Of a DNA stretch of 40,021 bases, positions 7,234-14,530 are shown one piece after another (the stretch's first letter is position 1; each line of letters starts with the position of its first letter). The stretch is from a virus. The notes below the pieces were generated by a model that saw only the letters and a program-made list of their open reading frames with translations, had not been told where the DNA came from and ran no database searches. A program made the translations under genes and the position numbers. The DNA is taken from the IMG/VR virus record IMGVR_UViG_3300045988_095718, positions 1 through 40,021 of that record. One strand, given 5' to 3'.

Positions 7234-8195
7234 AAATGGCCAGCGAACTTGACATTGAAGCAGTCATGGCCGCAAACCAGACCACACCGGAAACGACGCC
7301 GGCCCCCACGGTGGAGCCGACGGAATGGGATGAGATACGCGGCATCATCGAAGACCACATCACCAACCAGCCGAGAAGCCTGCAAAAGGAGATCGGACCA
7401 TCGGAACTCGGCACCGACTGCCTCCACTGCCTCGCAGCCAGACTCGCAGGATGGGAGAAACGCCAGTCGGCCGCATGGCTCCCGTTCATCGGCACATGCG
7501 TCCACGAACGATTCGAACACCTGTTCAACAAGCGCAAGGACGAATTCACCGTGCCAGACGACGATGGGGGAGAACCATGGGCCGTGAAACGCTTCGAAGC
7601 CGAAAGACACGTCGACGTCGGCGCAATCCACGGACTCCACGGCCATCAGAAAATCCACGGCAGCATCGACCTGTACGACGCGCAAAACAACACGACAATC
7701 GACTGGAAAATCACCGGCACAACCACGATCCGCAACGTCAAAGCCAACGGGCCAAGCCAACAATACCGCATCCAGGCGAGCCTGTACGGCATCGGATTGG
7801 AAAACGACGGCGAACCATGCAAAAAGAACGCCATCTACTTCCTGCCCAGGAACAATGTCAGTCTGGCCGACGCACTGCCAATCGAATTCGACTTCGACCC
7901 GAAACCCGGCAAATGGGCTTTAAGCCGCGCGCAGCTCATCGTCAACCTCCTCGACCTCATCGAACAGGAGGACGGCGTCGAAATGCGTGACGCGTGGATA
8001 CACGCCCTGCCGACCAGTCCGACCCACTGCTTCCAATGCGGCACATGGCCGGACGACCAGCTCGGCGACCTCGCCGAAATCAACCAAAGCCAATATCCGG
8101 CATTGCCGGACAAATGGGGGCAGCTCGTCGGGCTGCTCGAATCCACCTACAACAACAAGCAGAAAGGTAAAAAACACAATGTTCGGAACGAATAA
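7230..8195 (+). CDS. PD-(D/E)XK Cas4/RecB-like exonuclease with Cys cluster
   Basis: N-terminal CLHC...C, C-terminal CFQC, catalytic IDLYD...IDWK and QYRIQASLYG motifs. Confidence 0.8.
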   Translation: MKMASELDIEAVMAANQTTPETTPAPTVEPTEWDEIRGIIEDHITNQPRSLQKEIGPSELGTDCLHCLAARLAGWEKRQSAAWLPFIGTCVHERFEHLFNKRKDEFTVPDDDGGEPWAVKRFEAERHVDVGAIHGLHGHQKIHGSIDLYDAQNNTTIDWKITGTTTIRNVKANGPSQQYRIQASLYGIGLENDGEPCKKNAIYFLPRNNVSLADALPIEFDFDPKPGKWALSRAQLIVNLLDLIEQEDGVEMRDAWIHALPTSPTHCFQCGTWPDDQLGDLAEINQSQYPALPDKWGQLVGLLESTYNNKQKGKKHNVRNE

Positions 8196-8925
8196 TTACG
8201 GTGGCGGATTCACCCAGCAAGGCGGAGCCAGCTACCGGCCACAACAGGCGCAGCAGCAGTCCGCCGAAGCGTTGAGCCTAGACGACGTGATGCAGGGCGG
8301 AGCGCCCAGCGCGTTCAGCAAGGACGATCCGATCGGCACCAGCGTGGAAGGCGAAATCGTCGAAATCCGCGCGGAACAGCAGACAGACTTCACCACCGGC
8401 GAACCACTGTTTTATCCGAACGGCAAGGCGAAACCGCAGGTCGTCATCCACTTGCAGACCAGCCTGCAGGACCCCGACAGGGTCGGCGACAGCGGCATCC
8501 GCGGCGTGTACGTCAAAGGCTACAACATCGGCCAATTGCGCCTCGCATGCCGTCAGGCCGGAGTCGGCGACCATCCGAACGTCGGCGACCATCTGAAAGC
8601 CACGTTCGCCCGCACGCAGCCAGCGAAGACCCGCGGATACAACGATGCGAAGATCTACGACTACGTCGTCACGCCGAAGAAACAGTCCGATCTGAACGCG
8701 GCGATGAACGACCCGCAGGCAGGACAGCAGCAGTATGCGCCACAGCAGCCACAACAGTCCGCTTACGGCCAGCCGACCGGATTGACCGCGAGCGACAGGC
8801 AGACCATAGGCCAGCTTGCAGCGGCAGGAAAGAACGCGCAGGAGATCGCAGGACTCCTCGGCAAGCCGGTCGAACAGGTCACTAACGCGCTCGGCGCAGG
8901 AAGCAGACAAGAGCCTGAATTCTAG
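8179..8925 (+). CDS. Gln-rich protein with a C-terminal HTH-like segment; possible ssDNA-binding/annealing partner of the exonuclease
   Basis: ATG 8179 in ORF 7987..8925. The functional guess rests on position after the exonuclease. C-terminal segment QTIGQLAAAGKNAQEIAGLLGKPVEQV. Confidence 0.6.
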   Translation: MFGTNNYGGGFTQQGGASYRPQQAQQQSAEALSLDDVMQGGAPSAFSKDDPIGTSVEGEIVEIRAEQQTDFTTGEPLFYPNGKAKPQVVIHLQTSLQDPDRVGDSGIRGVYVKGYNIGQLRLACRQAGVGDHPNVGDHLKATFARTQPAKTRGYNDAKIYDYVVTPKKQSDLNAAMNDPQAGQQQYAPQQPQQSAYGQPTGLTASDRQTIGQLAAAGKNAQEIAGLLGKPVEQVTNALGAGSRQEPEF

Positions 8926-8944
8926 GCCGGTCATGAATTCGACA

Positions 8945-8976
8945 GCGTCCGCCTCGGACACGACGACGGCGGACGC
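8945..8976 (+). terminator. Stem-loop after the recombination genes (weak terminator)
   Basis: GCGTCCGCC ... GGCGGACGC, a 9-bp stem followed by TTGTT. Confidence 0.4.
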
Positions 8977-9020
8977 TTGTTCCAAACATGACGAGTTTCT
9001 TCGAGAGGAAACCTATGGAA

Positions 9021-9218
9021 ATGGCACAGGTGTGCACAGTGGAACAGCTCCCATCATCAAAAAACGGCACATGTGCCATTCTGTGCCAAAGCTTTGGCAC
9101 AGTGAAAGTGCCGGAATTTCAACCATATATAAACAAACAACCAATGTTCCATTGTTTTTTATATATGTATTTATTTTGTTTGTTTTGTGTTGTGTGTTAT
9201 GGGCGTGGAACGGCACAG
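9021..9218. promoter_or_regulatory. Origin-like region: GGCACAG-type iterons, two perfect palindromes and an AT-rich unwinding stretch
   Basis: GGCACAG or its reverse complement at 9023, 9033, 9066, 9081, 9096 and 9212. 12-bp palindrome at 9066-9077 and 22-bp palindrome at 9081-9102. AT-rich stretch at 9121-9200, directly upstream of the primase-helicase gene. Confidence 0.6.
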
Positions 9219-9237
9219 CGAAAAAGGAGGTGAAAAA

Positions 9238-11643
9238 ATGAGGGACTATCGCCAATACCAGCCGATACCAACCGAAGACCTGCCAGCAAAATTCGCAGGA
9301 ATCTTTCACATGCTCGCACTCACCTTCACGCCGGCGAACGACCACACGATCGTCACGACCATCACCGGCCACAATCTTGAGCTCGTCTGCCAAGGCGGCA
9401 CTGAGGAAGACCACCGCAAAAAAGAGCCCGTCGTCGCGGCGGGCTACCAGAAAGCCATATGGGAACTCCGCGAAGGCCATCTTCGCTACTGTCCGTCACA
9501 GGACAGGCTATGGCGCCGCGATCCAGACATGGCCGACCATGAAGGCGAACGACTGCTGCTCAACAGCTGGCATCCAGTGAAGACCATCGAGGATGAATAC
9601 CATATCGGCGGCAACGCGCGCAGCAGCGAACGCAATCCGCTCTACTCGGCAACGATCCTGCGCGAGGCGAAGCGGAGCCAATGGTTCGACCAAGTCGAAC
9701 GCGGCGTGCGCTGCGACCCCTGCGTGTGGGTGCGCCGTGATGGCAAAGTCGTTTGCCTGCGGGATGAGCCGGACATCGCCGTCACACAGACTTTCTCGCC
9801 TGCCGGCATGGGCAATCAGGCGTTGAAGGACGCTGAACGGATACTCAGATGGATCACCGTCGACGAGAGGTCCTATGCGAATCTATGCCGCATGTTCGCA
9901 ACCCCATGGCTGGAACCATTCAAACAACTGTCCTATGTGTTGTCCGGGCATGGCGGTGACGGGAAGACGCTGATCGCCCGCCAGGCTTTGCTTGGCGTGT
10001 TGGGCGTCGGCAAGGTGTTTCCCGGTTTCAGCGTGCAATCGTACTGCGCTGGCGGTGGATATACGCTTGGCCGCGAATCGATGAATGATGAGATGGACGG
10101 CAAAGCTTTCGCCGTTGATGACGAGGCCTGCGCGGTCACTGAGGACATGTTGCCTTTACTGCGCGCGTTGTCGACCGGCTCGCAGGTCAATGCCCGCGTC
10201 ACCGGCGGTCGTTATCGCGTGATGACGCCATCTGCGACGTTGCTGATTCTGACGAACATGCAGTTCGCGGATTCCGGTGAGAATTCGGACGTGCGACGCT
10301 TCATCAAGGTGGAATTCCACCAGTCGAAGGGTCGTTCGTATGACGAATATCATGCGATCGAGGGATTCTGCAAGCATCATCCTGCCGCGTTTTTCGTCCT
10401 GTCGTGCCGTCTGTGGGAGAGGTCGGACGCGCCGGAAATCGTGAATCTGAGTCCTGCCCGCAACATCTCGGATGAGATGTATTGGCTGATCAGCGAAATC
10501 GCGTCGAACGAAGAGCAGTACGGTGACCCGGTTGCCGTGAAAGGCGACTACCGCAAGGAATTCCACACGACCATCCCTCAGTCCCTTATGGATGTGCTTG
10601 GTCTGGAGAACGCGCGTTCTCGCGCATTGCCTGGCAAGGGACAGCCTCGTGTCGTCCGTGTCGTTAACCGTGATCGTTTCGACGTGTATCGGAATTCCGC
10701 TCTTAACGACGAAACCAGACCGGAAGATAACTGGGTGCAACGTGCATTGTCGAAGCCGTCTCGTGACAGTCTGCTCCCGTTGGATGATGTGGGCGATTGT
10801 CAGGATCTGGCCGGAATCGTCGAATCGGCGTTGGACGGCCATGTCGGTTTCGCTCCATGCGAAGGCAAGGCACGAAAGGCCGGAGGTCCGGTCGACGGGA
10901 AGGTGTCGTTGTCGTGGAAGCGGTTGAATCCGTCCGACGATAGCCACGTGGACGCATCGTTTATCACCGGTCAGATGAGCAGGTATGCGGTCGTGCCGCT
11001 CGGCGACTGTTTCGTCATCGACTGCGACAAGCCGACCGAGGATGGCGAGCCTGACGGCTGGCAGTGCTTGCAGGCGTTGACCGGCGACTACGGTACCGAT
11101 AATCTGCCGGCCACGTTGGTCACGAAAACGCCGCATGGCGTGCACCTGTACTATCGCATGCCGGCCGGCATGGATATCGGACTGTTGAAGAACGCGGTGC
11201 ATGAGCAGAATCTGCCGATTGATCTGCGTGTGAGCAATAAGGGTTATGTGCTTGGCCCCGGCAGCGTCATCGACGGCAAACGGTATGAGCTGGTGGATCT
11301 GCCTGCCGGCGTGGTGCCGGAGGCGAGTGAGGCGGTCATGCGCATGCTCAAGGATTTCGGTTACACGAGCGAGCCGAAGCCGGACGCGCCGCAAATGAGT
11401 CTGGACGATGTCATGGCCGACAGGCGTGCCACGTCGATTTCCAATGGCATGCCGGATATGACGCCGGTGCCGGAGGGCCAACGCAATAGCACGCTGCATG
11501 CGTGGGCTTACGGGCGTTTCAAAAATCATCCGGAAAACGAACATCAGATCCACGATGACCTGCTGAAGCGCGGTAGGGATAGTGGATTGGCCGATGCCGA
11601 ACTCGACCAGATCTGGAAATCAATCAAACGAAGCCTCAACTAA
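9238..11643 (+). CDS. Primase-helicase: D5_N/SF3 P-loop helicase module first, then AEP prim-pol plus PriCT-1 module
   Basis: AAGGAGG RBS. Walker A GHGGDGKT, Walker B VDDE, motif C ILTN. Prim-pol motifs VIDCD, TPHGVHLYY and DLRVSNKGYVLGPGS. PriCT-like GQRNSTLHAWAYG. Confidence 0.85.
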   Translation: MRDYRQYQPIPTEDLPAKFAGIFHMLALTFTPANDHTIVTTITGHNLELVCQGGTEEDHRKKEPVVAAGYQKAIWELREGHLRYCPSQDRLWRRDPDMADHEGERLLLNSWHPVKTIEDEYHIGGNARSSERNPLYSATILREAKRSQWFDQVERGVRCDPCVWVRRDGKVVCLRDEPDIAVTQTFSPAGMGNQALKDAERILRWITVDERSYANLCRMFATPWLEPFKQLSYVLSGHGGDGKTLIARQALLGVLGVGKVFPGFSVQSYCAGGGYTLGRESMNDEMDGKAFAVDDEACAVTEDMLPLLRALSTGSQVNARVTGGRYRVMTPSATLLILTNMQFADSGENSDVRRFIKVEFHQSKGRSYDEYHAIEGFCKHHPAAFFVLSCRLWERSDAPEIVNLSPARNISDEMYWLISEIASNEEQYGDPVAVKGDYRKEFHTTIPQSLMDVLGLENARSRALPGKGQPRVVRVVNRDRFDVYRNSALNDETRPEDNWVQRALSKPSRDSLLPLDDVGDCQDLAGIVESALDGHVGFAPCEGKARKAGGPVDGKVSLSWKRLNPSDDSHVDASFITGQMSRYAVVPLGDCFVIDCDKPTEDGEPDGWQCLQALTGDYGTDNLPATLVTKTPHGVHLYYRMPAGMDIGLLKNAVHEQNLPIDLRVSNKGYVLGPGSVIDGKRYELVDLPAGVVPEASEAVMRMLKDFGYTSEPKPDAPQMSLDDVMADRRATSISNGMPDMTPVPEGQRNSTLHAWAYGRFKNHPENEHQIHDDLLKRGRDSGLADAELDQIWKSIKRSLN

Positions 11644-11654
11644 GGAGGAACACC

Positions 11655-11918
11655 ATGGTAACGAACGTGAGTGAAAAAGACAAAGCATTGCAGGAAGTCA
11701 TCGACTGGTGCGAACAGCTAGAAGTGGAAGGACTGAGATTAGCGAACGCTCTTCTGATGCAGCATGAAATGGACGCATACGGTGTCGTGAAGGGACAAAT
11801 CAACGCATACGAAAAGACAGCCGACCACTGCCGTTCCATGCTCGGCTACAGCGGCTCCATGCCGTCCGAAGTGCCTAATCAAATCGAGGACACGAATGTG
11901 AAGGCGGTAGACAGATGA
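11655..11918 (+). CDS. Hypothetical protein, 87 aa
   Basis: AAGGAGG RBS. Confidence 0.65.
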   Translation: MVTNVSEKDKALQEVIDWCEQLEVEGLRLANALLMQHEMDAYGVVKGQINAYEKTADHCRSMLGYSGSMPSEVPNQIEDTNVKAVDR

Positions 11919-12049
11919 ACAAGACGATCAGGTATGTGGAATGCGCGCATTGCGGAGAACGTGTCGGAGCATATTACGTGACCTGCCCATACTGCGGCTA
12001 CAGGCTCGTGGAGGCGTCCGACGGTTTTTGGAAGCGACTGATGGGATGA
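11915..12049 (+). CDS. Zinc-ribbon protein, 44 aa (below the ORF-track cutoff)
   Basis: CAHC...CPYC motif. ATGA overlaps on both sides. Confidence 0.5.
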   Translation: MNKTIRYVECAHCGERVGAYYVTCPYCGYRLVEASDGFWKRLMG

Positions 12050-12531
12050 GCAGGAAACCGCCACAGTGGATGCGCCGGTTCGCTCCGGAAGGCAATCCGG
12101 CGCATCTCTTTCCGGTCGTGTGCTCATGCGGCCGGTGGATTTTCAGCGAAAGGGACGTGGTCTGGCAATCGTGGGACGCGGGAATCATCGAAGGTGACGA
12201 CCTGGTCACTGCGATCATCCTTGACAGGCCGCTTATACGCATCCGGCACGTGTCCCACATGGACATCGTCAGATTGGAAACCGTCGCCGGACCATTAGGC
12301 ATCAGTCCGGACGGCCAATATTTGGGCGCGCACGAATGCGGCCTGATGCCCGTCAGCGTCAAGCCGGCGGAAGTGGGCGACAACGGATTCCATTATTCGA
12401 CGCTTCCTGGTTTTCCGAAAATGCGGCCGGTGCCCGGCAATCCTGATCCGTGGGCCGGACTGCCGGTGGATGACCTATCGGATTTCGGATGGCCGCAATC
12501 CGAAGACAGCGAACAGCAAACACTTTTCTAA
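12046..12531 (+). CDS. Hypothetical protein, 161 aa
   Basis: ATG 12046 in ORF 11941..12531, coupled to the upstream ORF. Confidence 0.6.
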   Translation: MSRKPPQWMRRFAPEGNPAHLFPVVCSCGRWIFSERDVVWQSWDAGIIEGDDLVTAIILDRPLIRIRHVSHMDIVRLETVAGPLGISPDGQYLGAHECGLMPVSVKPAEVGDNGFHYSTLPGFPKMRPVPGNPDPWAGLPVDDLSDFGWPQSEDSEQQTLF

Positions 12532-12543
12532 CAAGGAGAAATC

Positions 12544-12702
12544 ATGAAACACGACGAACCGGAAACCATGTACAGCCTGGAATGGTTGGAACACGAGCGC
12601 CGCAAAGCATGGCAGGAAGGCTACGCCGCCGGATGGAAAGACCAGGAATGCGACTTCCCGCAATATACAAGCGAAAACCCATATCTGGAGGCCACCAAAT
12701 GA
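12544..12702 (+). CDS. Hypothetical protein, 52 aa
   Basis: AAGGAGAAA RBS, ATG 12544. Confidence 0.5.
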   Translation: MKHDEPETMYSLEWLEHERRKAWQEGYAAGWKDQECDFPQYTSENPYLEATK

Positions 12703-12842
12703 AGAAAATCCTTGAGGAAATGATCCTGAAATGGCATGAGGACGGTATCACCCTGGAAGAAACCGCCAGACTCGTACCGCAAGTGCCAAAAGCCGAAATC
12801 ACCGCCATAATCCACCAGCACGACAAGGAGACCAGACTTTGA
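12699..12842 (+). CDS. Hypothetical small protein, 47 aa
   Basis: ATGA overlap, in frame with ORF 12489..12842. Confidence 0.5.
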   Translation: MKKILEEMILKWHEDGITLEETARLVPQVPKAEITAIIHQHDKETRL

Positions 12843-13594
12843 CCGACTGCCAGCACTGCCACAAGCCCATGAAACCGGCCGCCGCGAACCTGCTCTGCGC
12901 CAGCTGCCGTGAAACCTACTGGCAGCTGATCCGCCAACTCGGACACGTCCAACTGCCCGCCCTGCGAAGCATCATGCTCCGACAGGCCCGCATCGGCACC
13001 CCAACACACACGCCAAGCCGAGGCAACGCGCCAATGCCAATCGACACCCACGCTCAACAGCTCATAGCCGAATCGGAAGCCTGGCTAGCCGAACAGGCAG
13101 GGAAAATCAGAACGGCATACGCTGGATTCGACTGGCGGAAAGCATGGTACGCCATCATCAGCAACCGGCACACCATCCTCAACATGAGCACCGCCGCCGA
13201 CGACTACGCCAGCCTGCAACACATCGTCCGACGCAACGAACAAGCCCTCACACCAGAAGAAGAGCTCATAATCCTCGGCACCTGCCCAAACTGCCACAGC
13301 ATGCTCACCGGCACGCCAGAAGCAGAATCTGTCACCTGCCAGCACTGCCGCACCGAATGGCCGGCACCAGCAATCAAAGCAGCCCGAGACGAAAGACTCT
13401 GGCAAGTGCAAATCACCGGCACACCCAGCGACGCGGCCAAAGAGCTGAAACGATACGGCCTGACCGTATCACGCAACCTCATCAGCCAATGGCTCAAACG
13501 CGGCAAACTGTCGCACGCCACGCCGACAGAACACAAGCGGCAGTACACGTTCAACCTCGGCGAGTTGGCCGCACAACTTGACTGTCACCGTTGA
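12839..13594 (+). CDS. Zinc-finger plus C-terminal HTH protein; candidate late-gene regulator
   Basis: TTG start follows AAGGAG. CQHC..CASC and CPNC..CQHC motifs. HTH-like AAKELKRYGLTVSRNLISQWLKRG. It is the last gene before the late promoter. Confidence 0.65.
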   Translation: MTDCQHCHKPMKPAAANLLCASCRETYWQLIRQLGHVQLPALRSIMLRQARIGTPTHTPSRGNAPMPIDTHAQQLIAESEAWLAEQAGKIRTAYAGFDWRKAWYAIISNRHTILNMSTAADDYASLQHIVRRNEQALTPEEELIILGTCPNCHSMLTGTPEAESVTCQHCRTEWPAPAIKAARDERLWQVQITGTPSDAAKELKRYGLTVSRNLISQWLKRGKLSHATPTEHKRQYTFNLGELAAQLDCHR

Positions 13595-13605
13595 AATGCT
13601 ATACT
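13578..13605 (+). promoter_or_regulatory. Near-consensus sigma70-type promoter (TTGACT, 16-nt spacer, TATACT)
   Basis: -35 at 13578-13583 and -10 at 13600-13605, read directly. Confidence 0.6.
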
Positions 13606-13621
13606 GTCGTATGTTCGTAGA

Positions 13622-13654
13622 ATGGTTCAGCCAGAAAATGGTTGGACCATTTTT
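13622..13654 (+). terminator. Intrinsic terminator/attenuator hairpin between the promoter and the tRNA-like gene
   Basis: 11-bp stem (ATGGTTCAGCC / GGTTGGACCAT, two G-U pairs), 7-nt loop, then TTTT. Confidence 0.6.
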
Positions 13655-13662
13655 CATATTCA

Positions 13663-13817
13663 GCTTCGGTAGCTCAGCGGTTAGAGCACAAGGGATAGCA
13701 CAGATACCTAGGACGGATACCTTACCGGCCATGGCTTCATGATTCTTTGCGAATGCCCGTAATCAGAGATAGTGCATCCCACACCATGCGCTGGTTCGAC
13801 TCCAGCCCGAAGCACCA
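13663..13817 (+). tRNA. tRNA-like gene with about 80 extra nt in place of a normal anticodon/variable region; encoded CCA
   Basis: Acceptor GCTTCGG/CCGAAGC pairs 7/7. D arm GCTC-AGCGGTTA-GAGC. T arm GCTGG-TTCGACT-CCAGC. Discriminator A followed by CCA. 101 nt lie between the D and T arms, with no canonical anticodon arm found. Confidence 0.6.
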
Positions 13818-13832
13818 CAAGGCGGTGATCGT

Positions 13833-14141
13833 ATGCCAGGAAGAGCACGCAAGACCAGCCGCCAATTCGAAAAAGACAAGGCCGCATTCTTCAACCAATG
13901 CAAGGCACAGCATGCAGTCTGCTGGCTCTGCGGCATGCCGATAGATTATTCAGCACCGAAGAACACAAGCGATGACAGCTTCAACCTCGACCACCTCTAC
14001 CCAGTCTCGAAGCACCCCGAACTCCAATTCGACCCAGCAGGCTTCAAACCAAGCCACACCAGCTGCAACCGACTAAGAGGTAACAGTGACCCGCCCGCAC
14101 CAATCGGCACACTCTCAAGACAATGGATAACAACAGCATGA
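13833..14141 (+). CDS. HNH endonuclease (packaging-associated)
   Basis: CWLCG ... NLDHLYPVSKHP ... HTSCN motifs. Located upstream of the terminase genes. Confidence 0.85.
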   Translation: MPGRARKTSRQFEKDKAAFFNQCKAQHAVCWLCGMPIDYSAPKNTSDDSFNLDHLYPVSKHPELQFDPAGFKPSHTSCNRLRGNSDPPAPIGTLSRQWITTA

Positions 14142-14152
14142 GCAAGGAGACA

Positions 14153-14419
14153 ATGATGCCACAGCAGCCAGTCACGCTAGAGCTCACCGCCACAATCAGC
14201 GACAAGACATTCCCAATCAGCTCATTCACCGTCAACATCCCAATCAACGTCACCCACAACGAAGTCAACACCTTCAAGGTCGGAGACACATACACCACAC
14301 TCATCACTCCAAAACCACCAAACACAGACGAACTCATCACACGATTCACAAACGCAATCAAAGCATTCAAAACAGCATTCGAAACCAACCCCGACGGGGT
14401 AGGGGCGGTGAAATCCTGA
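14153..14419 (+). CDS. Hypothetical protein (start uncertain: 14123, 14138, 14153 or 14156)
   Basis: ORF 14123..14419. AAGGAG lies at 14144-14149. Confidence 0.55.
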   Translation: MMPQQPVTLELTATISDKTFPISSFTVNIPINVTHNEVNTFKVGDTYTTLITPKPPNTDELITRFTNAIKAFKTAFETNPDGVGAVKS

Positions 14420-14530
14420 AAACCACCCCGAACCGACCCACGTCCCGCGTGGTTGGTCTTCCTCTCCCCGCTGCGTTCGGTACCCCATCGCGCGCGTGAG
14501 GGGCGTTAATGATGAAAGGAGAAGGTGACG

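Noticed and set aside
8988-9233. 81-aa ORF across the iteron/AT-rich block.
   Set aside because: It is translated through palindromes and an AT-rich stretch, giving an implausible Cys/Phe-rich product. The region is better explained as an ori or promoter.
10156-11553. 465-aa minus-strand ORF. Similar long antisense ORFs lie at 16401-17762, 20201-21475, 26390-28507, 32052-33035 and 35746-36687.
   Set aside because: Each lies antisense to a well-supported gene (primase-helicase, terminase, capsid, tape measure, fibre, lysin). Their products are Arg/His/Leu-rich and low-complexity, and they lack RBSs. They are typical shadow ORFs of high-GC DNA.
13689-13789. Group I intron, hammerhead or other self-cleaving ribozyme as an explanation for the tRNA insert.
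   Set aside because: An insert of about 80 nt is far shorter than group I introns. The only CUGAUGA-like string is on the wrong strand and has a mismatch, with no stem II. The HNH ORF lies outside the element. No known class could be assigned by eye.
14420-14530. GC-rich spacer with small hairpins before the ParB gene, considered as a cos site.
   Set aside because: The sequence alone shows nothing distinctive beyond short hairpins (for example CCACG-TCCCG-CGTGG). cos ends cannot be called without virion end sequencing.
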